Positions 55,475-64,000 of a DNA stretch of 64,000 nt are shown piece after piece. A model generated the notes under the pieces. It was not told where the DNA came from and searched no databases. It saw only the letters and a program-made list of their open reading frames with translations. Position 1 is the stretch's first letter, and the number at the start of each line of letters is the position of its first letter. A program made the translations under genes and the position numbers. Source of the stretch: Clostridiales bacterium (GTDB taxonomy: Bacteria; Bacillota; Clostridia; Oscillospirales; UBA644); contig QAKR01000043.1 of NCBI GenBank assembly GCA_003343705.1, forward strand, positions 25,237 through 89,236, written 5' to 3'.

Positions 55475-56550
55475 AAGTTTGTTTTATAGATTACGATTAT
55501 TCTGTAATGGGTGGGATAGAGAAGGTATTAATTGATTTAGCAAAAAGCCTTAATGGTAAATACGAAGTATCCATTTTAAGTATACTTTCAAAAAATAAAA
55601 AACCGTATTTTCCATTAAGCGAAAATATTCCTGTAACTGTTCTTTGTGAAAAAGAGAAAAGGTTAAGATGTCTTATAAAAGATTGTAAAGATCCTCTAAA
55701 AAACTTTTTTAAAAAAAACAATCCGGATATTTGCTTAATTTTTGGAACATACCCTATACCAATCCTTATTAAAACAATTTTATCATCAAAATGTAAATTT
55801 ATATTTTGTGATCATGGTGCGCTAATTAACCAGTGGAGTGATAAAAAACAGACATTTTTTCGTTTTATTGCATCAAAGATATGTACCAAAACAATAGCTT
55901 TGACAAAGCGAAACAAGGATGATTATATTAAGCGATTCCTTGTGCCTAAGAAAAAAATAGATTATATATATAATCCGGCACCTGACAATATTATATATAA
56001 ACCATATGATACATCTATAAAAAGAATCCTTTCAATTGGAAGGTTTTCACATGAAAAAGGCTTGGATTTGCTTGTTGAAGTTGCAAAATCAGTGCTTGAA
56101 AAACAACCGGAATGGGAATGGCATATCTATGGTGAAGGTGAAACTTTTAACCAAACAAAAAAGGATATTGAAATAAAAGGTCTTTCAAACAGAGTTATTC
56201 TTTGTGGAAAAGTTGCTTCTACTGCTGACATTTATAAAAATTATTCTATTTTCACTTTAACGTCATATCGGGAAGGACTACCACTTGTACTAATCGAGGC
56301 AAAAACAGCCGGGCTTCCAATGGTCTCATTTGACTGCATCACAGGTCCTTCGGAAATAATTGAAAACGGTGAAAATGGATTTTTAATTCCTTGTTATGAT
56401 AAAGATTTAATGAGCTATAAAATTAACGAACTTATCAATAACGATGAGATGCGTCTTACATTTTCTAAAAATGCATTGAAAAATCTTGATGCATTTAAAA
56501 AAGAAAATATAACTGCTCAGTGGATAAATTTAATAGAATCCTTTAAGTAG
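55471..56550 (+). CDS. family 4 (GT-B) glycosyltransferase
   Basis: GRFSHEKG and EGLPLVLIEA (E-x7-E) blocks. Confidence 0.85.
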   Translation: MKVCFIDYDYSVMGGIEKVLIDLAKSLNGKYEVSILSILSKNKKPYFPLSENIPVTVLCEKEKRLRCLIKDCKDPLKNFFKKNNPDICLIFGTYPIPILIKTILSSKCKFIFCDHGALINQWSDKKQTFFRFIASKICTKTIALTKRNKDDYIKRFLVPKKKIDYIYNPAPDNIIYKPYDTSIKRILSIGRFSHEKGLDLLVEVAKSVLEKQPEWEWHIYGEGETFNQTKKDIEIKGLSNRVILCGKVASTADIYKNYSIFTLTSYREGLPLVLIEAKTAGLPMVSFDCITGPSEIIENGENGFLIPCYDKDLMSYKINELINNDEMRLTFSKNALKNLDAFKKENITAQWINLIESFK

Positions 56551-56591
56551 AAAAAAGCGTAAAGGCATTTAAGATGCCTTTACGCTTTTTT
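56551..56591. terminator. bidirectional terminator at the convergence point of the two glycan operons
   Basis: agcgtaaaggcat / atgcctttacgct form a 13-bp stem flanked by A6 and T6. Confidence 0.8.
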
Positions 56592-56609
56592 CTGTCAATA
56601 TAAAAATTA

Positions 56610-58109
56610 CTATTTATCATATTTGTATGATCTTACAAAATTGATAATTGTTCTTCGTTCTTTTCCACACAAAGCAAACACAACTGCATAAAACAGCGGA
56701 ATAATAACAAGTGATGTCAACCCAGCACTTATTATCAATCCAATATATCCGTTGGTAACAAACGGGATATAACGGCTCACAAATACAAGTACTGTCATCA
56801 ATGAAGCATTTATTAGAGTTATTTTATATGTGTTCCATGGTGAACGTCCAAGAATTTTTCTATTGGAATAAATAATGACATCATTCGTACGATAGAAAAG
56901 AGCTATAATTGTACCTAAAAGAACTCCTGTTATGCCTAACTTAAAAACAAGAATTGATGAGATAGTCAGGTTAATTCCTGTTTCCAAAAGAGAACGCCAT
57001 TGAGTTTTTCTGAAGTGACCTGCAACGTTTATTGTATTAAGACCTGCGTTTCTAACAACCACAAGCAACTCAATAATTATAAACAATAGCGGAAGGTTAT
57101 TAAACAGATAGTTCTGATCAAATCCTGCGGTATAAAGCTTCATAAATGGCATATAGAATATATATGTAACTGTAGCTAACGAAAATCCAAATGTTTGATA
57201 AGCTGCATCGTACACGTTAATACGTGTTTTATAAAGCTCTTTATCAGTTGAATAGGTTTGTCCTAATATAAATGTAAGCCCCGATGAAACATTGTTGAAT
57301 AAAGTTGAAAGCATAGACATTATTAGCTTATACATTGAGTAAACACTAGAAATAGAAAGCCCACAAACCATTGTTAAAATTAAAACATCTGTATTTGCAA
57401 AAACAAGGCTCGAAAATTGGTGTACCATGACCGAATTTTTTTGCGAAATTGCAGTATAATCAGGAGGAGTAGACATATCAATCCATTTATAATGTTTTTT
57501 AACGTATAACGAAATTATAAGAACCTGCAACAGATTAATTATAAAAAATGAAATCTGAATACCAAGTATATTAAATCCCATTAAAAGTAAAACAATTTTT
57601 GCTACACTGCTTAACGTTGTAATCAAAGTCTGAGTATTTGTTGTAATGTACTTTTTACCGGAAGCATCAAGTAGAAGCTTATACTTTTCTTGTAAAGCAA
57701 AATTTATTACACTATTCAAACCTGTAAAAAACACGACGCCGAACACCATATAAAATCCGAACTGAGATCTTACGGAAATGCCAAAAATACTTGCAAAAAT
57801 TAATAATGCAATAAGATAAACAACAGATACTTTTTTATAATACTTGTTAGTCGCTGATAAAATTGCGTTTATTCCATACTTGTCATCTGTAGCTACCGGA
57901 CGGTATAGTGATTGTACAGTAGTAACTCCTATCCCTGCCTCTATAAGCGTAAAACAAGCGAAAACCTGATTTATAGTCTGCATAAGTCCGTTTGTTTCAG
58001 ACCCAAGATTTTCTACAAAAAGTTTAGGAACAAGTATTCCTAAAACAAGCGTTATAGCTTGTCCTAGTATTGCGTATAAGACATTGTTTACGCCATCCTT
58101 ACCTTTCAA
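56610..58109 (-). CDS. polysaccharide flippase (Wzx, MOP superfamily)
   Basis: About 14 TM helices, 499 aa. Its start overlaps the upstream GT2 stop. Confidence 0.75.
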   Translation of the reverse strand: MKGKDGVNNVLYAILGQAITLVLGILVPKLFVENLGSETNGLMQTINQVFACFTLIEAGIGVTTVQSLYRPVATDDKYGINAILSATNKYYKKVSVVYLIALLIFASIFGISVRSQFGFYMVFGVVFFTGLNSVINFALQEKYKLLLDASGKKYITTNTQTLITTLSSVAKIVLLLMGFNILGIQISFFIINLLQVLIISLYVKKHYKWIDMSTPPDYTAISQKNSVMVHQFSSLVFANTDVLILTMVCGLSISSVYSMYKLIMSMLSTLFNNVSSGLTFILGQTYSTDKELYKTRINVYDAAYQTFGFSLATVTYIFYMPFMKLYTAGFDQNYLFNNLPLLFIIIELLVVVRNAGLNTINVAGHFRKTQWRSLLETGINLTISSILVFKLGITGVLLGTIIALFYRTNDVIIYSNRKILGRSPWNTYKITLINASLMTVLVFVSRYIPFVTNGYIGLIISAGLTSLVIIPLFYAVVFALCGKERRTIINFVRSYKYDK

Positions 58110-59110
58110 TATATTTTACCTATCCTTTTAAATAATTTGAAAAAATAATAAAGTAACTCAGGTTTTATTAACAAAAGATTATTAGCAATCTTACGTTGTT
58201 TTGATTTAAGATTAACTCTAGATGCATTTTCGCGAAAAAAACAGTCTGACGAAATTTTCTTTATTTTATCTATAACTTCTTTCTTTGATTTACGATCTGT
58301 TATTGCAACAAGCCTAGAAATCGATAACAATACATCTGAAATATAAATTTCGCAGAGAGAAGGAAAAGAAAATTCTGACCCAAATATTTTTTTAAATTCT
58401 ATATCTGCAGTCATATAAAGCGATGTGAACTCTTCATAAAAATTTGGTCTTACAACTTTTGTCAAACTGTTATCTGAAATATTATTATAAATATACGGTG
58501 CTTTTTTAATGATACAAATACTGTTAATGTTTTGCAAATAATATATGTTAAATAATAAATCTTCGCCAATAGATCGATTAACATCAAAAACTGTTTTTAT
58601 CGCCGTAAGGGTGTATAGCTTATTACATGGACTGTTAAACAACCATCTTTTATAAAGAGCCTCTACATATTCCGAAAATTCCGAAATTAAAAATAAACCT
58701 TCACATGCTGGTATATTTTCAAAATATTTAACACCATCAAAAAATTTGTAACCGCATATAACAAGTCCTGCATTGCTTTCATGCGAAGCAGATATTAGAA
58801 TTTCACACATTTGAGGCTCGATAAAATCATCGCTGTCAATAAACTGAACATACTCACCTGTTGCAGACTGTAAGCCTGTATTACGAGCAGAGGAAACACC
58901 TCTGTTATTTTGATGAACAACTTTAATGCGTCCATCTTCAGTAGACAGTGTATCACATATTTCACCACTACCATCAGGTGAACCGTCGTCTACAAGAATT
59001 ATCTCTAAATTTTTATATGTCTGTCCCATTATTGAACGGACGCATCTTTCAATATATTTTTCAGATTTATAAACAGGTATTATAACACTTATTTTTCCTG
59101 TTTCAGACAT
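58106..59110 (-). CDS. family 2 glycosyltransferase
   Basis: ISVIIPVYKSEKYIERC, VDDGSPD and FIDSDD. Confidence 0.85.
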   Translation of the reverse strand: MSETGKISVIIPVYKSEKYIERCVRSIMGQTYKNLEIILVDDGSPDGSGEICDTLSTEDGRIKVVHQNNRGVSSARNTGLQSATGEYVQFIDSDDFIEPQMCEILISASHESNAGLVICGYKFFDGVKYFENIPACEGLFLISEFSEYVEALYKRWLFNSPCNKLYTLTAIKTVFDVNRSIGEDLLFNIYYLQNINSICIIKKAPYIYNNISDNSLTKVVRPNFYEEFTSLYMTADIEFKKIFGSEFSFPSLCEIYISDVLLSISRLVAITDRKSKKEVIDKIKKISSDCFFRENASRVNLKSKQRKIANNLLLIKPELLYYFFKLFKRIGKIY

Positions 59111-60717
59111 TCCTTATCCTCCGAGTGTTTATTTTTTCTATGTATAATTAGGAACACAACAACTCCCCCTCCGGTAATAATTAAAACACCGGTAAAAATG
59201 AGTATCCACTTTAATGTCCCTTTATTATTTGCTTGAAGGTCTTCTGCGGCAGAAGTTTCTTCCTGCTCTTCAATTTTCTGAGATAAAACTTCATTAAGCT
59301 TTGAGACTATATCATCAATTTCGTATTGTGAATTCTCTTCTGTAAAAGTTCTTGCTTTTTCTAAAAGAGTTTGCAGATTACTCCAGTTTTCCGCTGAAAA
59401 TTCTTTTTCAGTTATAAACTCCGTACTGTTTAAAACTGCATTAAGTGCCGAAACATCGGATTTTACCTTTTCTTCTCCTGGTTTTAACAGCGAAAGTATT
59501 GCCGACGTTAATGCATTATCCGCAGCTGTAATAACTTCATCAGACTCGTCGGACTTCACTTTACGAGCTGATTCAAGAGCTGTAATAAGCTGTTGCCAAG
59601 TCTCAGGAGTATAATCGCCTTCCGACAGTGCAGATGCTGAAGCAATAGTCGCGGTCAGCTTTTCAAATGCCGAAGCATTTACTGATATAAGAGAATCAAT
59701 TGCTTTTTTAAGAGCCTCTGCTGCTTCGTCTATTTCGTTTTGTGTATTTGCTTCTGTTATATTATCCGCTGCACTAAGAGCTTTTTCCAACACAGAAAAA
59801 GTTGATGTGGTATAGTTGCTTTTTTTCAACTCACGGGCTTTGTCAATAAGCTCTCTCAAAGCAGAAACATTACCCTTTGCAACATAATCAGGCGGAAAAA
59901 CAGTATTTCCGAATATCATGGTATTCAATTTTCTAGGGGTTAAGCTAAAGGGATCTCCGCCACTTCCGTAATCAATGGCTAAATAAAACGGAGATTGTTG
60001 TATTGAGTCTAAAAGAGCAATACCCAACCCCATTTTCGCCCCGACTTTATGCCTAGGTAGGCGGTCTCTTAAATTTAAAGCCGTCCAAGATATAAAAAAT
60101 TCCAGATCATACCCATCGGCAGAGATTGTCGAGGCTGAACGGACCCCAATAGTTTCCGAAACCTTACATTTAAACTGATTGTATTCGTAATTGCTGGGCG
60201 GGCCTTTTGTTTCAGGGGAAGAGTAGTATGAAAATGCATATGAAAAAATATTATCCGTATTTGTTGTACGATAATAGAACGGGTCTATGGAAAGCATAAC
60301 ACAGTCTCCTGCGTTTTGTCCGCCGCCGTCAGGATATGAAAAACCTCGAGACTTATCTTGCGCTACAACGCGAAAATAAAGCCCTCCGTTTTGGACATCC
60401 ATAACCTCGCCGCTTTCGTTTGGATCGCCATACCACATTATGTAAACATCATAACCCTTACATGCATTATCTTTATCCTGAATGAGGTTTTTAACAGCTG
60501 TTCCGTCACCCATAATACAACCGACCCAGTCGTAACCCTTTTCATAATTCATAAAAAAATGATATGCCCCGTACCATTCATATTCAGTTGTTGTTTTACC
60601 ATCCACAACAGGAGGTATAGCCGCCTGAGGGACAGTGTATTCTCGTGCTGAAAATATCAGAGGGAAAAGTACTGTAAACATTATTATAAATAAAGCCGAT
60701 ATAAAATATTTTTTCAT
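59089..60717 (-). CDS. membrane-anchored extracellular protein: CBM9-like domain, three FIVAR-like helical repeats and a C-terminal TM anchor
   Basis: Signal peptide. IPPVVDGKTTTEYEW is a CBM9/DOMON-like start. Three repeats of the type YT..TW..L..AL..A. Terminal TM helix ILIFTGVLIITGGGVVVFLII. Confidence 0.6.
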   Translation of the reverse strand: MKKYFISALFIIMFTVLFPLIFSAREYTVPQAAIPPVVDGKTTTEYEWYGAYHFFMNYEKGYDWVGCIMGDGTAVKNLIQDKDNACKGYDVYIMWYGDPNESGEVMDVQNGGLYFRVVAQDKSRGFSYPDGGGQNAGDCVMLSIDPFYYRTTNTDNIFSYAFSYYSSPETKGPPSNYEYNQFKCKVSETIGVRSASTISADGYDLEFFISWTALNLRDRLPRHKVGAKMGLGIALLDSIQQSPFYLAIDYGSGGDPFSLTPRKLNTMIFGNTVFPPDYVAKGNVSALRELIDKARELKKSNYTTSTFSVLEKALSAADNITEANTQNEIDEAAEALKKAIDSLISVNASAFEKLTATIASASALSEGDYTPETWQQLITALESARKVKSDESDEVITAADNALTSAILSLLKPGEEKVKSDVSALNAVLNSTEFITEKEFSAENWSNLQTLLEKARTFTEENSQYEIDDIVSKLNEVLSQKIEEQEETSAAEDLQANNKGTLKWILIFTGVLIITGGGVVVFLIIHRKNKHSEDKECLKQEK

Positions 60718-60761
60718 TGCTCTTCCTCCCGTTGTGTATTGCTTGAATTATGAACACATTA

Positions 60762-61142
60762 TTATTTTTTTGCCACCGTATACTGATAAAAACCTTCTTC
60801 GGTTTCATCAATAATGTAACGAACTAAAATAACGTATTTAACCCCGTCGGTTGTTTCAATCTGATAACGAGCATCTTTTTGAGTAACACCATTTGTGATT
60901 TCCACATTGCGGGCAAGAGGTTGAGAGTCTTTTATTTCACCCTCAACCGTTACCCCTTCCTGAAAGGTTGCATCAGATCGAAAAAGCTCGTCTTGCGTCT
61001 TTTCGTCGCCAGTTGCCATTGCTGTAAACATTTTCTTAACCGCCGTATCAAGCTCAGGGTCAGAAAGTGTCATAGATAACGCACTACACCCCGATAAAAA
61101 GCACAAGCAAATTATTATAGAAAAACAAATTATCTTTTTCAT
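60762..61142 (-). CDS. small lipoprotein of unknown function
   Basis: Lipobox FLSGCS. 126 aa. Its start codon overlaps the leuS stop (ATGA). Confidence 0.65.
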   Translation of the reverse strand: MKKIICFSIIICLCFLSGCSALSMTLSDPELDTAVKKMFTAMATGDEKTQDELFRSDATFQEGVTVEGEIKDSQPLARNVEITNGVTQKDARYQIETTDGVKYVILVRYIIDETEEGFYQYTVAKK

Positions 61143-63544
61143 TTTACAACTAAATTTACAAGTTTTCCGGGAATGTATATTTCTTTTACAATTTGTTTAC
61201 CTTCTATTTGAGCTGCGATTTTATCATCTGTTTTAGCTTCCGAAAGTATAAAGTCTTTATCTGCATCTGCAGCAACTTTTATTACACTACGAAGCTTACC
61301 GCATATCTGAACAGGTATTTCAAGAACGCTGTCTTTTGTTTTTTCTTCGTCGTATTCCGGCCATTTTGCCTGGCAGCAAAGGCCTTCAAAACCGCAACGA
61401 GACCAGAGCTCTTCCGCAAGATGCGGAGCAAACGGCGTAAGCATTGAAAGATACGTTTTCATTTCGCCTTTTGTAATCTTTTGCTTTGAATATATTTCAT
61501 TAAGAAGTGCCATTAGTGCTGCAATTGCAGTATTAAACGACATTCTGTTAATGTCATCGTTAACTTTTTTAATTGTTTTATGGAAGCTGCTTTCAAGTTC
61601 TGCTGAATAATTTTCTTCGTCTGCAACCATATAAAGCAACCCCTCAACTCTGTCAAGGAATCTTCGGCAACCCTTAACACCGTTTTCGGACCAAGGAGCT
61701 GCTTTTTCAAAGTCGCCTATAAACATTTCATAAAGGCGCATGGTGTCTGCACCATACTCGTTTACAATATCATCAGGATTAATAACATTCCCGCGCGACT
61801 TAGACATTTTTTCGCCGTTTGAACCCAATATCATACCGTGTGAGGTTCTTTTAGCATAGGGTTCCGGATTTGGGACAACACCTATATCGTATAAAAATCT
61901 GTGCCAAAAACGTGAATACAGAAGATGCAGTGTCGTATGTTCCATACCGCCGTTATACCAATCAACAGGCATCCAGTATTTAAGAGCTTCAGGTGAAGCT
62001 ATAGCCGTATCACAGTCAGGGTCACAATATCTTAAAAAGTACCAAGAAGATCCGGCCCATTGAGGCATTGTATCTGTTTCACGTTTTGCCGGGCCTCCGC
62101 AATGTGGACAAGTAGTATTAACCCAGCTTGTAATCTTTGCCAGAGGAGATTCTCCGTTATCTGTGGGTTCAAAATTTTCTACATCGGGAAGAGTAAGAGG
62201 CAACTCGCTTTCCGGCAGCGGAACGCAACCGCATTTGTCACAAAAGACAACTGGAATAGGTTCACCCCAGTAACGTTGACGTGAAAATACCCAATCACGG
62301 AGTTTATAATTTGTTTTCTTTGTGCCTATACCCTTTTCATCTAAGAATTCTGTGATCCTAACCTTTGCGTCAGCTACAGAAAGTCCATTTAAAAAGTCCG
62401 AGTTGCACATAATACCTGTTTGAATATCCGTAAATGCTTCTTTTGAAACATCACCACCGGCTACAACTTCAATTATAGGTAGATCAAAAGCTTTTGCAAA
62501 CGCATAGTCACGTTCGTCATGGGCCGGTACAGCCATAATAGCACCTGTGCCATAGCTCATCAAAACGTAATCAGAAACAAATATAGGAATTTCTTTACCA
62601 TTAACCGGGTTTATTGCGGTAACGCCATTAAGACGTACACCTGTCTTATCTTTTACAAGTTCGGTTCTTTCAAAGTCGCTTTTTTTTGCAGCTTCTTCAC
62701 GATATGCAACGGCTTCAGCATAATTCTTAAGTTGATTTTTCCATTTTTCTACATATGGATGTTCAGGAGAGATAACCATATATGTTGCACCGAAAAGTGT
62801 ATCCGGTCGTGTGGTATAAACACGTAACTTATCGCCGGAAGTTGTATCAAAATCAACTTCTGCACCGGTAGATTTACCTATCCAATTTATTTGCTGTGTT
62901 TTAACACGAGGTATATAATCAACCGTATCAAGTCCGTCTATAAGTTTTTCTGCATAATCAGTAATCTTCAGAACCCATTGTGTTTTGTTCTTTCTAATAA
63001 CTTCACTGCCGCAACGCTCACAAACGCCATTAACAACCTCTTCGTTTGCCAAAACGCATTTGCAGGATGTGCACCAGTTTACTGCCATTTCTTTTTTATA
63101 TGCCAATCCGTTTTCAAGTAATTTAAGGAAAATCCATTGTGTCCAACGGTAATAATTAGGATCGGTAGTATTTATCTCTCTTGACCAGTCAAAAGAAAGC
63201 CCCAGAGATTTTATTTGATCTTTAAAATGTTCTATGTTCTTCTCAGTTACAATGCTGGGATGTATATTGTTTTTTATAGCATAGTTTTCTGTAGGAAGCC
63301 CAAAAGCATCCCAACCCATAGGATACAGAACATTAAAGCCCTGCATTCTCTTCTTGCGGGCAACTATGTCAAGAGCTGTATATGGGCGAGGATGTCCTAC
63401 ATGAAGCCCCTGCCCCGACGGATACGGGAATTCTACAAGAGCGTAAAACTTAGGTTTAGAGTAATCATTCTTAACCTCGTAAACGTGTTTTTCATCCCAT
63501 ACACGTTGCCACTTTTTTTCAATATTTTTATGATCGTACCCCAT
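61139..63544 (-). CDS. leuS: leucine--tRNA ligase
   Basis: HIGH-type motif ([10 protein letters not shown]), KMSKS (EKMSKSRGN), and CP1 zinc Cys pairs. 801 aa. Confidence 0.95.
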   Translation of the reverse strand: MGYDHKNIEKKWQRVWDEKHVYEVKNDYSKPKFYALVEFPYPSGQGLHVGHPRPYTALDIVARKKRMQGFNVLYPMGWDAFGLPTENYAIKNNIHPSIVTEKNIEHFKDQIKSLGLSFDWSREINTTDPNYYRWTQWIFLKLLENGLAYKKEMAVNWCTSCKCVLANEEVVNGVCERCGSEVIRKNKTQWVLKITDYAEKLIDGLDTVDYIPRVKTQQINWIGKSTGAEVDFDTTSGDKLRVYTTRPDTLFGATYMVISPEHPYVEKWKNQLKNYAEAVAYREEAAKKSDFERTELVKDKTGVRLNGVTAINPVNGKEIPIFVSDYVLMSYGTGAIMAVPAHDERDYAFAKAFDLPIIEVVAGGDVSKEAFTDIQTGIMCNSDFLNGLSVADAKVRITEFLDEKGIGTKKTNYKLRDWVFSRQRYWGEPIPVVFCDKCGCVPLPESELPLTLPDVENFEPTDNGESPLAKITSWVNTTCPHCGGPAKRETDTMPQWAGSSWYFLRYCDPDCDTAIASPEALKYWMPVDWYNGGMEHTTLHLLYSRFWHRFLYDIGVVPNPEPYAKRTSHGMILGSNGEKMSKSRGNVINPDDIVNEYGADTMRLYEMFIGDFEKAAPWSENGVKGCRRFLDRVEGLLYMVADEENYSAELESSFHKTIKKVNDDINRMSFNTAIAALMALLNEIYSKQKITKGEMKTYLSMLTPFAPHLAEELWSRCGFEGLCCQAKWPEYDEEKTKDSVLEIPVQICGKLRSVIKVAADADKDFILSEAKTDDKIAAQIEGKQIVKEIYIPGKLVNLVVK

Positions 63545-63546
63545 TT

Positions 63547-63903
63547 TTATTCCTCCAGAAATCCAGATATATCAATTTCCTCGCCGTCCGCCCAAAAGCG
63601 TTCAAGGTCGTAATGCTCACGCAATTCTTTATTATAAACATGGACAATTATATCTTTGTAATCAAGTAAAATCCAGTTGCCGGCATCCTTACCTTCACGA
63701 TGAAGAATTTTAAAACCAGCTTCTTCAAGCTGGAATTCGCACTCATCCGCCAACGCCCTTACCTGAGTAGTTGATGTTCCGTTACATATAATAAAATAAT
63801 CCGCAAGAGTTGTTAGGCTGTCAACCTTAATAACCTTTATATCAACGGCTTTTTTGCTGTCAAGAGCCTTCACCGCAGTCTTTACCATTTTTTCAATAGT
63901 CAT
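63547..63903 (-). CDS. rsfS: ribosome silencing factor RsfS
   Basis: [19 protein letters not shown] and DYKDIIVHV blocks. 118 aa. Confidence 0.9.
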   Translation of the reverse strand: MTIEKMVKTAVKALDSKKAVDIKVIKVDSLTTLADYFIICNGTSTTQVRALADECEFQLEEAGFKILHREGKDAGNWILLDYKDIIVHVYNKELREHYDLERFWADGEEIDISGFLEE

Positions 63904-64000
63904 ATATTTACCTCCGTTAAACTGTTATAAAATTCAAAAGTATCTTTATATAAATAAATTCCTTTTTTCACATTTTTTTCAATACACCATTGCACACCTA
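63900..64000 (-). CDS. 3' end of an upstream gene running off the window (possibly yqeK/nadD-type)
   Basis: The minus-strand frame is open from the window edge (...[32 protein letters not shown]). Its TGA overlaps the rsfS ATG. Identity is guessed from the usual nadD-yqeK-rsfS synteny only. Confidence 0.35.
   Translation of the reverse strand, partial: GVQWCIEKNVKKGIYLYKDTFEFYNSLTEVNI

Overview
This is a low-GC Firmicutes (Clostridia-type) chromosomal window. Cohesin- and dockerin-like modules suggest a Ruminococcus/Oscillospiraceae-like organism, which is inference only. I can support about 62 protein genes, 2 tRNAs (Gln-CUG on +, Leu-GAG on -), one FMN riboswitch, and a set of near-consensus sigma-A-type promoters and intrinsic terminators.

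Gene order:
- 1-9.1 kb: luxS (5'-truncated), GNAT, mtnN, adenine deaminase, a polysaccharide deacetylase and a BMP-type nucleoside ABC importer.
- 9.3-11.8 kb: two tandem paralogous secreted dockerin proteins.
- 11.9-21.4 kb: ypeB, dnaD/dnaI-like replication genes, SDR, TspO, an 878-aa secreted protein (cohesin-like + dockerin-like + putative glycoside hydrolase), an EamA transporter and FMN-riboswitch-controlled ribU.
- 21.5-28.5 kb: prfA, an internally duplicated membrane protein, tRNA-Gln, a serine hydrolase, a LytTR / LiaF-like pair, two small genes around a palindromic divergent promoter, and an orphan rhaA.
- 28.6-34.6 kb (minus strand): redox cluster of sodA, a thioredoxin-domain protein, an FAD/Rieske oxidoreductase, a zinc-ribbon membrane protein and an [FeFe]-hydrogenase-like protein with an unusual ASCCCP H-cluster motif.
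- 34.6-36.8 kb: a membrane protein, an XRE-HTH regulator fused to a Cys-rich ~15-residue solenoid-like repeat array, a ~450-nt non-coding gap with three strong hairpins, and tRNA-Leu.
- 37.0-49.1 kb: housekeeping block yicC-remA-gmk-rpoZ-priA-def-fmt-Zn peptidase-rlmN-PP2C-prkC-rsgA-thiN-CBS.
- 49.3-60.7 kb: convergent Wzx/Wzy-type glycan locus with CDP-ribitol genes (tarI/tarJ), LicD, five glycosyltransferases and a CBM9-like/FIVAR membrane-anchored protein.
- 60.8-64.0 kb: lipoprotein, leuS, rsfS.

I found no CRISPR array, transposase, integrase, restriction-modification system or recognisable defence system.

The most unusual items are:
- the XRE-Cys-rich repeat protein and its structured upstream region;
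- the hydrogenase-like redox operon;
- the dockerin paralog pair;
- the cohesin+dockerin+GH-like protein.

All functional calls come from motif recognition by eye. No database search was run.
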